Shown here: in pieces, positions 26,236-39,734 of the stretch
How the letters are laid out: every line of letters begins with the position of its first letter
Numbering within the stretch: the stretch's first letter is position 1
Assembly (NCBI RefSeq): GCF_022045235.1
Contig: NW_027266286.1
Location: 57,164,001 to 57,228,000 of the forward strand
DNA: 64,000 nucleotides
Reading direction: 5' to 3'
DNA from: Haliotis cracherodii
Lineage: Eukaryota
Made by a program: the position numbers and the translations under genes
The notes under the pieces: model-generated
Database searches by the model: none
The model's input: only the letters and a program-made list of their open reading frames with translations
What the model was told of the DNA's origin: nothing

Positions 26236-29200
26236 TCAGGTGAAAACGACTACCCCACTACCCTGAATCAATTCCTTAGCATCAACATCTTCCATGTTCA
26301 TCAGTGAATAAATGCACTCCCTGTGTTTATGTTTCGGCTTCTTCCATTTCCGCCCCCTGTGTCGTCCGAAAGAAGTTGGTTTGTTTCGTCTTCCATGTAC
26401 GGCTGGCCTCGGCTGTTCATGCGATTTCAATGGCAATGTCCACTTTGGCCTATCCCTCCGTACCACAGGTTGTCCACCACCATCATGTGCGGTGACAAAG
26501 CTATTTGAAAACGTTACTTTTGGAAAGGTGACCAAAGTCGGGGTTACCCCAGACTGTTGACTTGTCGTTGTTCGTGACCTCATTTTGTAATATTTAGAGA
26601 AGATATTAGAGGGATTATTGTGCCGCACGTTCTCAACTAATTTAATTCGCCCTGGATGCCCTGTGTGATGCCGTGTCAACGGCCCTCGCTGGCGTTTGGG
26701 GAATGTATACAAAGGGGCTGTCGCTGATGGCTGTGTGAATTTCACTTTAGTCGGGGAAGATGTAACAGCAGTCGCGGACTGTTTCTTGAAATATGAAATA
26801 AGTGCGGCCGGATGGAATGGTCGTTTATTTGTAGAAGTTCTTTCATCTGTGAAAAATTGAAATAGTTTAGGATACAGATTAAAAGAAAAAATCTTTGTAA
26901 ATGCCAGTCATTGGGATTGTGAAAATTAAGAATAATAATGAAATCAGAATTGTATATTTCACATTGACAGGAACCTGCCCACCATGCTAATCAAGCGATA
27001 AGAACAACATAGGTAGATAGCAGAATCTCACTTATGAACACTTTGTGTAAAGTGTTAGCGTCTATTATAAATAAAAAGATACATGTATAAATATATGTAA
27101 AATATTTGACATAGTAACCCCGATACTAAGTAATGCTGCAGAAATATTGGGAGGTAGAAATTGTTGAATTCTTTCAGAATTACTTTTTCCAACTGAATCG
27201 ATATTATGGCAACGTAATACACTTGATTAATGTCAAGAGTTCCCTTATAATACTCATCATATGAACCTGAGTGCTGGTGTAGAAAATATCTAGACCTTCA
27301 TGGATTTTTCTACCATGCTTTCTATCACAGTGCAAGGATATCAATACACTTATATGTATTGGTAGGCGTCTGTAACTGTCATAGTTATTAAGGAATTAAC
27401 TTATACAGTGTGAAGGATAAGATTACCTTTGTACTTTGTACCTAATATCATACAACATGTAGATAAATGTGGTTATACGTTGGAGATTATGAGCCAAATA
27501 CAGAAAATAAAACTCTGTCTGTGTCTGTCTGTCTGTAAAGTTGTTTACTGCCAACTTTCCCCAGATAGTTTCTTTTAGTAGGCTGTACATTATCACGAGG
27601 GCATTCAGGTTTTGCTGGGTTCGATGTATCAATTTGAATAGCCATGGTCGAGCATGAGGTAGTCCGGTGTTATTATACAAATCTAGCCTGTCAAAGATTG
27701 TGTTAAATGTATCCTTGACGACAGCAGTTTACATTAAGTCTACGTCATCATTTCTCCAGTTTTAATTACAGATACACAAATATATTTTGTAGTTACTTGT
27801 GTTATGGCAACATATTGTAACATTTTTAACATACTTTGATTCATCTTCGTCGGCGTGTCGAAAGATGTTGATCGTACGGTTGTTGGGGAAGACGTTGATC
27901 GTACGGACATCGGGGGAAATGATGATCGTACGGATGTGAACGAAGACGTTGCTCGTGTGTGCATGAGAGAAGGCGTTGATCGTGCCGACGTGAAGGAATA
28001 CGTCGATCGTACGGACGTTATGGAAGAATCTGAGAGTATGGACGTGAGCGAATACGCTGGGCGTGCTACCGTGACACTTGGACGTGTCGTCGAAACGACG
28101 AGATTAATCCCTGACTTTGTTTCCTCGCGCTTTCCTCCTCTGGAACGATCAACACTTTTTTCGTCCACAAAAGGAGTAGTGATGCTACCTGCCCCACTCG
28201 CATGTCCATTTGTAAATTGTCTGTCCATATCGAAAGCCACCTTATCCTGCAGCTTACATGCACAGTCAGCGTTAGTCACGCCGTTCACTGTGGCAGGGTT
28301 TCTGTTACTGGTATAGTCAAGGTCGCCGTTCATGATACCTCTTCGCTTTTGTTGCCTGGCTTCTGCTCTCTCAGCAGATGAAGCATAGTGTCCAATGAGC
28401 TGGAATCATAAGGGACATCTTCAACCTTAATCAAATTTGAACGAAGGCAATATTTTTCGAAGAAGATGCTCTTCGCCATCCTAAACAAACATACCGAATT
28501 CGAGTTGCAATATTGACCTGGCAATAGTTTTTTGAGGCGCTCGCGTTTCAATATGACTTTTTATTTCTACAAGATGGTGCACAGTCGTGAACAGAGAGTT
28601 TTGTGGAATAGGGACCTTGCAAGTGCGTTTCAGACTCGTGAAAAGCCATACTTGTTGTATCTGTGAGGAGGTTATTGGAAAATCCCAAATATCGTTTACG
28701 GTATCTGTTTCGTCCAATGAGAAAGACTCAACTGACGAATCTTTGTTCTTGAGCGAGTCCGTTTGAAAACAGCTGTAGCGAGTTTCTCCTACAAATATAC
28801 AATGATATATGATATGAAAATCAAAGCACCCATAAGGGCCTTGAACATTCAATTTGTTAAAAATTGATGAATGAATGGGTACATAGNNNNNNNNNNNNNN
28901 NNNNNNNNNNNNNNNNNNNNNNNNNNNNNNNNNNNNNNNNNNNNNNNNNNNNNNNNNNNNNNNNNNNNNNNNNNNNNNNNNNNNNNNNNNNNNNNNNNNN
29001 NNNNNNNNNNNNNNNNNNNNNNNNNNNNNNNNNNNNNNNNNACATAAAATTGATGGTTAGATAAGTTTATGCTACCCAGCTTAGAGCAACAATCCTGTAT
29101 CTTTTTCTTCATGAAAGACCTTCCGTGAAGATTAAAGGGCAGGCTATGGTTATCTCTGGAGCACAAGCGGTCAATGCGGCGTCTACGGACATGCTCAAGA

Positions 29201-30176
29201 CAAGGGCTAGCGTCATATTTCTGTAAAAAGATCAAATGTCATATAAGTGGCACATGTTCTGGTTACAAAGCATCGTACGGAACAGAAATCATTAAGTGTT
29301 TATTTTTCCGTTTGGTGCGAAATGACTAAAATTTACTATGTGCAAGTAAAGTTGTCTTCACAGGATGTTCTAAGAAGTTACAAATGAATGTGATAATAAA
29401 ACGAAGTTCATTCTTCATTCTTCATTCGAGTAGTATTCAAAAGTAGAACATACTTCGGTATTTTGTTTTTGCCAGGCTGTTGGTGCTATGGTATTCTCGC
29501 AGCAACTGAGAACATCCAGCCTTCTGAGACGAACCACCTCCGTTATATCAACAACGTCTGACTCGTTGGGTGCGGTGCTGTAACGTCGCTGCAGAAGTCT
29601 ACGTTTGAAGACAACGTCACTCGACGTGAACCGCTTTGTCAGATTGCACAACCCACGGATCAGATGTTCTCTATTTACCTTTAATAAAACTGAACGTATG
29701 AGTAAATAAATGTTGGTTAATGGTCTTTCAGTGTATGTGGTGGACACCAGAGAGGTGCTCAGGTCAGGAGGATTTTGTTTTCTATTGTTTTGTTTGTTGT
29801 TCAAAGCCGCACTCCGCAATATTCCAGCTATATGACTAAATATTCGAGTATGGACCAGACAATCCAGTGATTGATACCATGAGCATCGACTCACGCAATT
29901 GGGATACGATGACATGAATCAGCCAAGTCAGCGAGCCTGACCACCTGATCCCGTTAGTCGCCTCTTACGACAAGCATAGTCACCTCTTACGGCAAGCATG
30001 GATTGCTGAAAACCTATTCTTACCCGGATCTTCACGGATCATGCAGTTATTTGAACGTATTTCTTATGATTATTGAAAGCGTTTGTCGCTTTAATGTTAC
30101 AAAACCTGTGTCTTCTTTATCCCAGATGAAGGTGTCATGTCCAACATTCCGTCGCTCCGGGGCATTGACATCATTC
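26236..30176 (-). CDS. Paralog of the 40022-51864 gene: albumin/ECM1-like CC..C module, S/T-rich stalk, basic tail; 5' exons not identified; partly degenerate
   Basis: Exons 30176-30106, 29678-29454 (..LDVLSCC), 29220-29076 (CLEHVRRRRIDRLC..DCCSKL), 28788-28652 (GETRYSCF..FSLDETDTVNDIWDFP), 28399-27835 and 26846-26236. The first five have the same intron phases as the plus-strand paralog, and the three Cys-module exons align with it. Confidence 0.75.
27600..27767 (-). pseudogene. Decayed anaphylatoxin-like pseudo-exon of the minus-strand paralog
   Basis: Reads LKLEK**RRLNVNCCRQG, then after a frameshift DTFNTIFDRLDLYNN. Aligns with LRKRKRKLDLKLTCCRHGKDAGEVFEVETGLYNH of exon 48763-48964. Confidence 0.6.
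28887..29041. other. Assembly gap (N run) inside an intron
   Basis: Run of N. Both flanks contain AAAATTGATG, suggesting a collapsed short repeat. Confidence 0.99.
29786..30039 (-). mobile_element. SINE-like family C (non-tRNA structured head)
   Basis: Reverse complement begins ATCCGTGAAGATCCGGGTAAGAATAGG, has a doubled TGCTTG.CGTAAGAGG.GACTA motif, and ends GCTGGAATATTGC.GAGTGCGGC. Confidence 0.85.
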
Positions 30177-30246
30177 CTAAAAACATCAATGAAACTGGTT
30201 GTATCAATAACATTCATTAGACATTATGGAGGAGTTCCAAACCTAT

Positions 30247-30603
30247 CCGCCGCCTCCGTGGTCTTGTGGTAGAGCGTCCGCCCGGAGAGCGGAAGGTCAG
30301 GGGTTCGATCCCCGGCCGCGTCAAACCAAAAGACGTTAAAAGATGGTACTTGTTGTTACCCTGTCTGCCGCTCGGCATTAAGGGGCTAAAACAACGACTG
30401 GTCGGCTCGGAGCCAGTATACTGTGTCTGAGTGGGGTATTCATGTTAAACTGCGGCATGGTATATCAGTGAGCTAGCACTATAATTCGGCATCAGTTCGG
30501 ACTAGTACAAGCAGCCACACAAACACACACACGTGCATGCACGTCGCTATATAGGTGCAATAATCTTGGACGCGACGTTAAACCCAATTTCACCTCACCT
30601 CAC
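30247..30603 (+). mobile_element. SINE family B, full length
   Basis: Intact head, body and tail; TSD CCAAACCTATCC. Confidence 0.9.
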
Positions 30604-30651
30604 CAAACCTATCCCATTGAAATTCTCTTACGATCACTTATGTTAGAAAGA

Positions 30652-30900
30652 TGAGGTGAAGTGAGGTGAAATGGGGTTAAACGTTCAAGCTAATTGCATT
30701 TAATGCATGCATGCGCGCGTGTGTGTCTGTCAACGTTTGCGTGTTTGTGTGTGTGTGAGCGCGTGAGTGGGTACTTGTAGTACTCCGGACTGATACCGTT
30801 TTCATAGTACAAGCCCCCTGATTCTCCACTAAGACACAGTATACTAACTAAGAACCGTACCCTCCTTGTTTTATCCACATCCTGTCGGGGTAAGGCAGGG
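30652..30900 (-). mobile_element. Diverged SINE family B, tail-to-tail with 30247-30603
   Basis: GAGGTGAAATGGGGTT tail, CTTGTAGTACTCCGGACTGAT and GACACAGTATACT motifs. Confidence 0.65.
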
Positions 30901-31524
30901 TAAGGCATAAAATGTAAATTTATCTCTCACAATTTAAACTGATCACTCACCTTTAAGCCCAGTGTATGACATACATAAATCACTCACCTTTTATCCCAGT
31001 GTACGAAATCTAAATTTATCTCCCACCTTTAAGCCCAATCAAAGCATGCAACGAAGATTGATGCGTCAGCGTGGAATTTAAATTGACCGCTTAATTATTT
31101 GTCCCATTGCATGGAACTAACCTTTTATCCAAAGAATGACGAGAACAAGAACATATCCGACAGGCTTCATTGGTCAATCACGAAAAAGGACACAGGGCCA
31201 GAGGAATAGAACAAATACCCAGACCTTGTGTACAAGGACAACGGTCTAATGGTACACACAATGTGCACTTGTGTAATATCAACGAGAAAAAGGGGCAAGA
31301 GGGGGTTGGGCTGGGGGCTGGGGGGTGATTGAGGGGGGTGGGAGGAGAGAGCAGAAATGTATAAGGCGAGGGGGGGGGGGGGGGGTGACGACTGTTCCGA
31401 TTGAAAACCTGTTAACAGGACGTTGTCGCCAGTATTATGTTTTGTCATTCCAGTGGCATTGATACTGGACTCTGTAGAATGCACGACAACAAGGTCATGA
31501 AAATTGGGTTATGCACATATTATT

Positions 31525-32372
31525 AGATGTAGCAGTATCATGAGGGGTACATGTGGTTTTATGCGTCATGCGTCAGGTTTTTATACCACGAGCCGGAAAC
31601 CTGACGTGGGACGCTTAAAACCACAGGTTCTCCGAGCCGACAGCGAGTGGCGAAAAACCTAACGAGGGACGCATTAAACTATATGTACCTCGAGTGATCC
31701 TGCTACAACGAATTTATCTTACCGACATGTTTTAATACTAGACATTGGAAGAAAATTAAAACAAATTCAAAATTGATAGAAAACAGCTGTTCGAATGAGC
31801 TGAGGTTAACATGTGCTATGTCAGGTGGCTTTCATTTACTCTGAAAATGAGTGCGGCTCTTTGGTTCGAAGCGGGGTATAAGGGATTTATTCTGCTTCTC
31901 AGAAAAAAATCCATGTGCAGCAAGTCTTGTTCGTGGTGGGGTATAAGGGATTTATTTGCCCCCTGAGAAATGTATTTCCCTCAGAGGCGGCATACATTTT
32001 AAGTTGTAGCGGTATCAGGATGGGTACATGGGGTTTTATGCGTCCCTCGTTAGGTTTCATGCCACGCACCGGAGGCATGTGGTATAAAACCTAACAAGAG
32101 ACGCATAAAACCGCATAAAATAGGTAAGATAAATTCGTTGTAGCAGGATCACGAGGGGTACATGGGGTTTGGAAAAAGCGAGCGTCTTTTCACTTCGACG
32201 CAGGGCATAAGGGATTTGTTCTGCCACTTAGAAATCCACGTGCAGCCTGTATTGCTGGTGGCGGGGTTTAAGATATACATTTCCCCGCTAAGAAATTTAT
32301 TACACTCCAAGGCGGGTTATTTTGTCAGTAATTTATCAAGATCACGTTGACCAATCAGATCTCATCATTTTC
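31525..32372. mobile_element. Non-autonomous DNA-transposon-like element with internal inverted repeats
   Basis: TGTAGCAG.ATCA.GAGGGGTACATG repeated in both orientations. An inverted homologous copy lies at 36630-37014. Confidence 0.65.
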
Positions 32373-32377
32373 GGACA

Positions 32378-32636
32378 TTGTTTGTTGTTTAACGCCGCAC
32401 TCAGCAATATTCCAGCTATATGACAACGGTCTGTAAATAATCGTGTCTGGACTAATCAGTCCAGTGATTGACATCATCGAGATCGGTCAGCGGAATTGGG
32501 ATACGATGACATGCATCAACCAAGTCAACGAGCCTGACCTCCCGATCCCATTACTCGCCTCTTACAATAAGCACAGACGCTTTTTACGGCAAGCATGGGT
32601 TGTTGAAGACCTATTCGATCCCGGATCGTCACGAGT
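32378..32636 (-). mobile_element. SINE-like family C
   Basis: Collinear with 29786-30039 and 55503-55778. Confidence 0.85.
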
Positions 32637-33119
32637 CACTGATAAAGCTATATATTACTACTAAACGTTAGTTATATAATATATTATTCGTTTACTCTTT
32701 TTATAAATTCGTACAAGTGCACCGCCTCCATGGTGCAGTGAATAGAGCGTCTGTCCGGAGAGGACGGTGATTCGACACAACATGCGCCTTCGTCGAATAC
32801 AGTAATGGAAAATTGTACAAGGTCGTTGTTTCGTTAACATCATTGAAAGGAAATAATGATGTCGTTTCTCATTTTTTCGCTTAAAGGATTCGATGAGACA
32901 GTTTGTTTTATGCCACATAAACATTCCGGGTTCCAGTACTGATGCTTGTCTTATATTAAGGGGCGAACAAATATGGATCAGATTCTGAGACATGGCTGCC
33001 TGAATGTCATCGTGACCCGATGTCACCACAGTCATGAGAGAAAAGTGCAGTGCCCGTCCCGGTCCGATTCCCCTCATACCGTAGACTCTGTCTAATCCGA
33101 CATTCCTCGTGATCAAGAG

Positions 33120-33281
33120 AATGGCCTACTGGTTAGAGCGTTCGCTCGTCACACTGTAGTCCTGCGTTCAATTCCCGACATGGGTACAATGAGTGAAGCC
33201 CATTTCTGGTGTCCCCCGCCATGATATTGCTGGAATATTGCTTAAAGTGGCGAAAAAACATACTCACTCACTCACTCACTC
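33120..33281 (+). mobile_element. SINE family A
   Basis: Conserved ATGGGTACAATG.GTGAAGCCCATTTCTGGTGTCCCCCGCC body and (CACT)n tail. Confidence 0.8.
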
Positions 33282-33869
33282 AATTCATGCCACGGGAGTC
33301 TAATATTACACACAATGATATTGTGGCAAAGATAAACATCAGATATGAATTTCACATGCATTTATCCATCAATTACAATTTCATATCCTGTAACATAGAC
33401 TGACATAATTCACTCTACGAATCTTATTATTCTAACATTACTCACCAAACTACATCCTACCAATTAAATTAAGGCCACAGAGGATTAGCTCTTGCTATGC
33501 CCAGAGCGGTAATTGGTTCTTTGTGGTTTTAATGCATTCTATGGCCAAAAAGAGTTCATACCTGTATGGGAATTCGAAGATATTAGATATGAATTATACC
33601 AAGAATCCATTTTCATCGATCATTGGTCACACGTAGTCAGATATGAACACGATCTCAGCAATTTAATCAGTAATCAGAAAATGTACAATTAGTTGTTACA
33701 TGTTTAAATATTATCATGGGGCGTAGGTATCTTCTTTATATCTTCTATATATTTATTTTACTCTACCGTTATGTACTTTGCCCTTGTATTTTTTTGTGTA
33801 TGTATACACGTCTCTCATAACACTTACAGAGTGGCTCAAGTAGAGTAACATGATATTACTGTATGCTTA

Positions 33870-34355
33870 TCATTCGAATATCGAATATCGATCAATTATG
33901 GTCCAATAGCAAAGTCCCTTCCACTATTTTACACTCTTGAACTAAAAATATAAGAGACCAGTGAAACCGCCCCGTCTGTTTTATGTTTAGATCTATGCAT
34001 ATAGATATAGAGAGACAAAACACTCTCCACAAGATTGTATGACAAGAGGGATCAACTTTCCTGTGTTCAACGTTACCTTCAAGTCGAGCAATATTCTAGC
34101 AGCTCCAGACTTTGGTGTCTACATTTCACCCCATTTGAGATCAATTTGTTTGATCAAGGTAAGAACATTCGTTAACCGTTCAAAAAGTGGAAGACTTTTA
34201 CAGATTTGACACACCAATAACAAAAATGATGTCCGATGCAATTCCAAGAACCATATGTTCCCGTGATTTTTTTAGGTGAACAATTGCCTGTGTATGTGTT
34301 TGTGACGGGTGCCACCGGTAGGGCAGGATACACTCGCCTTTCGAGAGAATGTGGA
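33870..34355 (+). mobile_element. Penelope-like retroelement 3' fragment (RT C-terminus, YDKRDDF type)
   Basis: Degenerate translation ELKI.ETSET...CLDL, then LYDKR..NFPVFNVTFKSSNILAAPDFGVYIS. Confidence 0.7.
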
Positions 34356-34378
34356 AATGGTGTTGTCGCTGTTATTTA

Positions 34379-34781
34379 GGTGAGGTGAGGTGAGGTGAGG
34401 TGAGGTGAGGTGAGGTGAGGTGAGGTGAGGTGAGGTGAGGTGAGGTGAGGTGAGGTGAAATTGGGTTCAACGTCGTGTCCAAGATTATATAGCGACGTGC
34501 ATGCACGTGTGTGTGTGGCTGCTTGTACTATTCCGGACTGGTTCCGATTTTTGTGCTAGCACACTGAGATACCATGCCGCAGTTTAACATGAATACCTCA
34601 CTCAGTCACAGTATGCTGAATCCGAGCCGACCAGTCGTTGTTTTAGCCCATTAATGCCGAGTGCCAGACAGGGTAACAACAAGTACCATCTTTTAACGTC
34701 TTTTGGATTGGCGCGGCCGGGGATCGAACCCCGGCCCTTCCGCTCTCCGAGGGGACGCCCTACCACTAGACCACGGGGGTC
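34379..34781 (-). mobile_element. SINE family B with expanded (TCACC)n tail, seen as (GGTGA)~16 at 34379-34458
   Basis: Full body, TSD TGTTATTTA. Confidence 0.88.
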
Positions 34782-35440
34782 CTCTTGTTATTTATGTACT
34801 TTTACATGCATACATTAGGTGCGATTCGTATAAATATACTGCTTGTATGCCTGTCTGCCTGTCTAGCTGTATATTTTATCCATATGTTCATGGCACAGTG
34901 TAGAGGGGTTGCCTCTTAAAGCGTTTATTGAAGTATATTTTATAACGATTTCATTGAGTTGATGTCGACTTACGCAAAATGGATTTGCCAATGGGACCAG
35001 GAAACAGTAACGGGATTTGGAAAAGGCAAATGTTGGATTTGACAGATTTCTACATTAATAGTATATAGGGACTGTTCCGGGACTAACATATTATGATGCT
35101 GAGTCTACTGTACTATATTTCTACATCCCAAACTCCCGAAACCCGATCCAGCCTGTCTCTCCATCTGTTATCCCGGGTAAACAAATGTCAGGATGACATG
35201 AATGTCACTGACTTCGGACAATACAGCTGCGAGAAATGAGAGAACACGTTTAAATAGTAACGGCTGTAGGGGCACCCTGGCGCACACATGCATGGCGATG
35301 CTTTCACTCGTGTTCAGCCTGAGTTTGTGGGAAGTAGACCCGAACGTATTTCGCCTCCACCCGGAATAATACAATTGGATACACAACAGACAACATTTTA
35401 ATACACCTCAAGGCTCAGTGAAGGTGTAAAAATAGATATA

Positions 35441-35750
35441 GGTGAGTTGAATTGGGGTTCAACGTGGCGTTCGAGATTATTGCACGTATATAGCGACGTG
35501 CACTTGTTAGGTGGCTTGTACTAGGCCGGACTAATGCCAGTTTTTTGGTGCTAGCCCACCGAGATACCATGCCGCAGTTAAATATGGATAACCCACCAAG
35601 ACACAGTATATTGACCCCGAGCCGACCAGTGCTTGCTTTAGGGTAACAACAAGTACCATATTTTAACGTCTTTTAGTATGAATCGACTAGGGGATCGAAC
35701 TACCGACCTTCCGCTCTCTGGGCAGACGCTCTATCCACAAGACCAAGGCG
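35441..35750 (-). mobile_element. SINE family B, diverged
   Basis: GAGATACCATGCCGCAGT, GAGCCGACCAGT and GGATCGAAC motifs. Confidence 0.8.
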
Positions 35751-36629
35751 ACGATAAAAAATAGGAATAAATACGATACAATGTAATTAACCTAGCATAC
35801 AACAGAAACAGATAAAAAGAAGAAACCCGACCGCCAAACAGAAGTAATTTACGTGACATTCATTTCGGATGGTATATAAGTTCTAAGCCTCACATAGAAG
35901 AAAATGCGTAATAGTGAAATATTTTGTTGTGGCCATATTGCATGATGTCATTGAGGTATATCCACAAAAAATTGAGTCGTATAAGCAATTATTTTCTTTG
36001 TGACATGTCCGTAAAATAAGCCAGGTCTGTGACCTTTGGACAATCACAAGGGACAGCCAATACCGTCTTCTTCAATATGTATTGCAGCATATGTCAACGA
36101 CAGTTTAGAAGGATACTTATTACTCACATGGGAAGCTAGAGTATTGTTCTTGTAACCTCCCTAGGGAGGGTACAGCAATCGCTCAAGTAATTCTGATTGG
36201 CTGTTTTAGAAATCCTGTAACTTCATTGGTTAATGACGTATTGTCGGAACTACTTTTTCACATTCATCATGTTCATTCATCTTTTTCCACAAACAAGTTT
36301 CTCCTATATAAGACTTAAAATCTAGAACATAAGGCGCAAAAATACAGTCTTTATTAATTCCAAGAAAATATCGTTCACAAAGTTGTTAACGATAATGGAC
36401 TACACAAAACATTAAAACTAATTACGATTTGTAAGTACAGTAATTTTGATTGACTAAATCGTTTTCTATCCCTATACGTAAACAACAATTTCAACAATTT
36501 TATCCCCGATGAAAGTGAACGATCTTGTGAAGAATGACGGAAAATTTTGTTGGAAGACGAGTGAACATGATATAGCCATTGAACGGTTTTAGCGTTTGGC
36601 TCGTTTAATACTAATTATCATACCTCCAT

Positions 36630-37014
36630 ATCAGAATGATGAGATATGATTGGTCCACGTGATCTTGATAAGATAGGATGTATTCCGCCTTCGAGGGGAA
36701 TACATTTCTCAGTGGGAGAATAAATCTCTTAAACCCCGCCACGAGCAAGTCAGGCTGCACGTGGACATCTGAGAGGCAAAATAAGTCCCTTATATCATGC
36801 TTCAAAGCAAAAGACCGCACATTTTTTCCGAGTCAATGGAAGTCACGTGACATAGCGCAAGTTAACCTCAGCTCAACCGAACAGCTGTTTTCTATCAATT
36901 TTGAATTTGTTTGTAGTTTGTTACAATGTCATATCAAATCATTTTGGTAAGATCAATTCGCTGTAGAGGGACTCATAAAACTCCACATTCCCCTCGTGGT
37001 ACTGCTACAACTTA
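36630..37014. mobile_element. Inverted copy of the 31525-32372 element
   Basis: Reverse-complement matches, e.g. AACAGCTGTTTTCTATCAATTTTGAATTTG and TTAAACCCCGCCAC. Confidence 0.7.
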
Positions 37015-39734
37015 GAACGTAAGACATTCCAGCATAGTCGCGGTATAAAACGAACTCTGTGACAGCGGGTGAGAATGGGGACAGTAACACTGACTGTTGT
37101 TTCAAAATGCATGACATATGTTCACTTGAAAGAGTCTGTCAAATAAAGTTTATTTGTTGTGGAATCAGTTTACACAGTTTGTTGTTGTTGAGAATGTTCA
37201 GACCGACAAGAGTTTTGGTATTCTCTCTGTAGTCATGAGAGCCAGTGACTTTATGCCACTGACGGACCACTGTCGACAAGTGTTTGGATTTTGTTTTGAC
37301 AACAATGCCACGTCATTGTTGTAGTATTATACCCGAATCAAAATTTATATTTATCTCCAAAAGTTATGACATTGCTTGAATTGTCGAAGAATTAATGCCG
37401 CTCAAACGAACTATTTCTCCTTCGCGGAATCTTAGTTTTGAGTGCAGACAGGTAAAATAAATAAACTACTCGCGACGAGGAATGACGAATTATCTGTCCT
37501 TCGTAAAATTAATTTTGAAAGTCCCTCACAGATAATCCGTCATTCCTCGTCACTCGTAAATTATTTTCTATAACTTTATACAAATGTGTCGGATATAAGT
37601 TAGAATTAAGGAACAAGAATCTTCATCTTCAGATGCTGCTGCGAACTATTATTTGGCATTCCTTTCTTCATCAATTTCTGGTCATATTGTGATAGTTATT
37701 GCGGTACGAGTTCTCTTACATGTAGAAGGCTATCCCCGTAGGGGTGCCGGGGTAGAACAGATATCCATCACCGCTTGCTTGTAAACGTAAAACGTTAACG
37801 CCAGAGAATAAATAACCAGTTTCAATTATTCGAAGAAATAGGTTCTATTGGGTGTAAAAGGCAAAAAGCAGTGAACTGTATTTGAATAGATCACTGAAAA
37901 TCAGTGATGACACCAGGTGTTCGCTAAAAGGGTTAGCATCTCCTGTCCTACGACTTGAAATCAGGGGAATTAACACATCGCATGTCACCTCAGGCCAACC
38001 ATATTTTATTTATGTGTTTCTCATCTCGAACCTCAACGAGCAAGACAGCGGTCGGGCAAAACATACAAACAAAAGTAAAAAAATAAATCGACCAATCACT
38101 AATTGTATAACCTATTTTATGAAATGTTAAAGCTTAAAACACTTGGTTACAGCTCTTAAATCAATCTATGATGAACATCGAGCCGCTTTGCTTTGGAAAC
38201 GAAGTTTTAATAAATATAGCTGAGGAAAGATCAAGCTGACCTGGCTTTTTTTAATATGCAACTGTAGGAGTATTTTCGTTATCACATCGGGGCATACATT
38301 TCCACAGAGGCAGGGACAATTGTGACAGGAAAACTTTTTTTATTATTTCACTTCGGAAGGAAAATTCAGTTCGGGCGGGAGGCGGGAAACACAGACAGTC
38401 TTACTCCTATTGTGAGGATCGTTGCACATGATTAAAGTTAGTGGTTTGCCTGGTCCGTACTCCATTATTTACTGACAGCTTTGATATAGCTGACTGCAGC
38501 TGTGTATAAACACATTTACATACTTCAGAATGATGTGCACGGAAGTCACTTGTGTGCGAGCAGTGGTGTATGCTACAGCCTGCACCCCCGTGCCAACAAC
38601 ACGCGCGACATGCCTTCAACACTGGTGTAGCACAAGGAGAGCGTATCACACCAGTGTTATTCATTATAACTCCCATGTTTCATTTCTGCATTGTCGCAAC
38701 GCATTTGCTGCTTACAGGCGTGCGTCACATGTGCTTCAGATGGACTTCGTATCACCTAATATTCACACACTGATACACATCAGTTATCTACAAAGCGAAT
38801 TTCGTTTTGTTTTATGATAAACCATATTGTGGTAGCCGTGTTATCATCTCATAGCCAAACTGGCTATTGTATACCAACTTCAGATGACGTCTTGTACAAG
38901 TAGTATTAAAAGGATATTTGGTATGAGCATTGAATGCCTATTGATAAGACAAACGTAAAAATCTTCGTTTATTAAATTTACTGACTGTTCACGACAGACT
39001 CAACCGGGTTCGAGTACTCTAGCTCGAATTGAATATTTCTAAGTCAACAGAATATCCATGTCTCACAACGGTTAATACTCTGGTAACTACTTCCATTGGT
39101 CTATATTGGATTTGGTGTCGTGATTTAACTATTGTGTCACGATTGATCGTCGCAGAACTATAAACACACACTCGGGTCTCAACATCGCTGGAATGATATT
39201 CACCGAAATTGGGATATACTTCGTTCGGATCCTTAAAAAGTAGTAATTCTGTATATGAGGGTTGAAGGAGAAAGGTTTCAGATATTTCTGAATAATTGTA
39301 ATGAAGGATTTTGATAATTTTAAAGCGTTATATTTCCTATGTGTTTCTTATTACTTTTTTTCTATGGGTCATTGTTGAACAAATGGATTGTGATATCAGT
39401 TACACATGCAGATGTCAAATGTTCCATGCATAATACATCAATAAAAAAGTATTACACTGATACAATTTCATTTTGCAATTATGATATATTTTGTACAATT
39501 TCTTTTCAATTATTTATACATGCATAGTACAAGGTATAGTTACTCCGTAATTTCGCATTTTTTTCATAGCACGAACTCGCCGTTATTCGTGGATATACCA
39601 TGTTGAACCGACCGTGTATTCTCAGGCGGGTTATGCTGGATATAATTTCACGCGTGCTCCCCCAACCCCTTACCCCCGAAGCCCGTGTCACCACGTGTGT
39701 AACACAAGATTTTCACGACCGTCTACCGAGCTGA

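Noticed and set aside
27745-27753. Tandem TGA TGA as selenocysteine codons
   Set aside because: They align to non-Cys positions in the basic region of the paralog and are followed by a frameshift and more stops; CpG decay is simpler.
28505-28551. PGQYC peptide shared with 45630-45650
   Set aside because: Both lie in non-equivalent introns with little nucleotide similarity; likely chance.
30247-30320. tRNA-like sequences here and at other SINE heads
   Set aside because: They continue into SINE bodies with TSDs and lack a proper acceptor stem and terminator, so they are not tRNA genes.
38407-38817. Cys-rich overlapping ORFs as the first exon of the minus-strand paralog
   Set aside because: No clean signal peptide or phase-compatible donor; unsupported.
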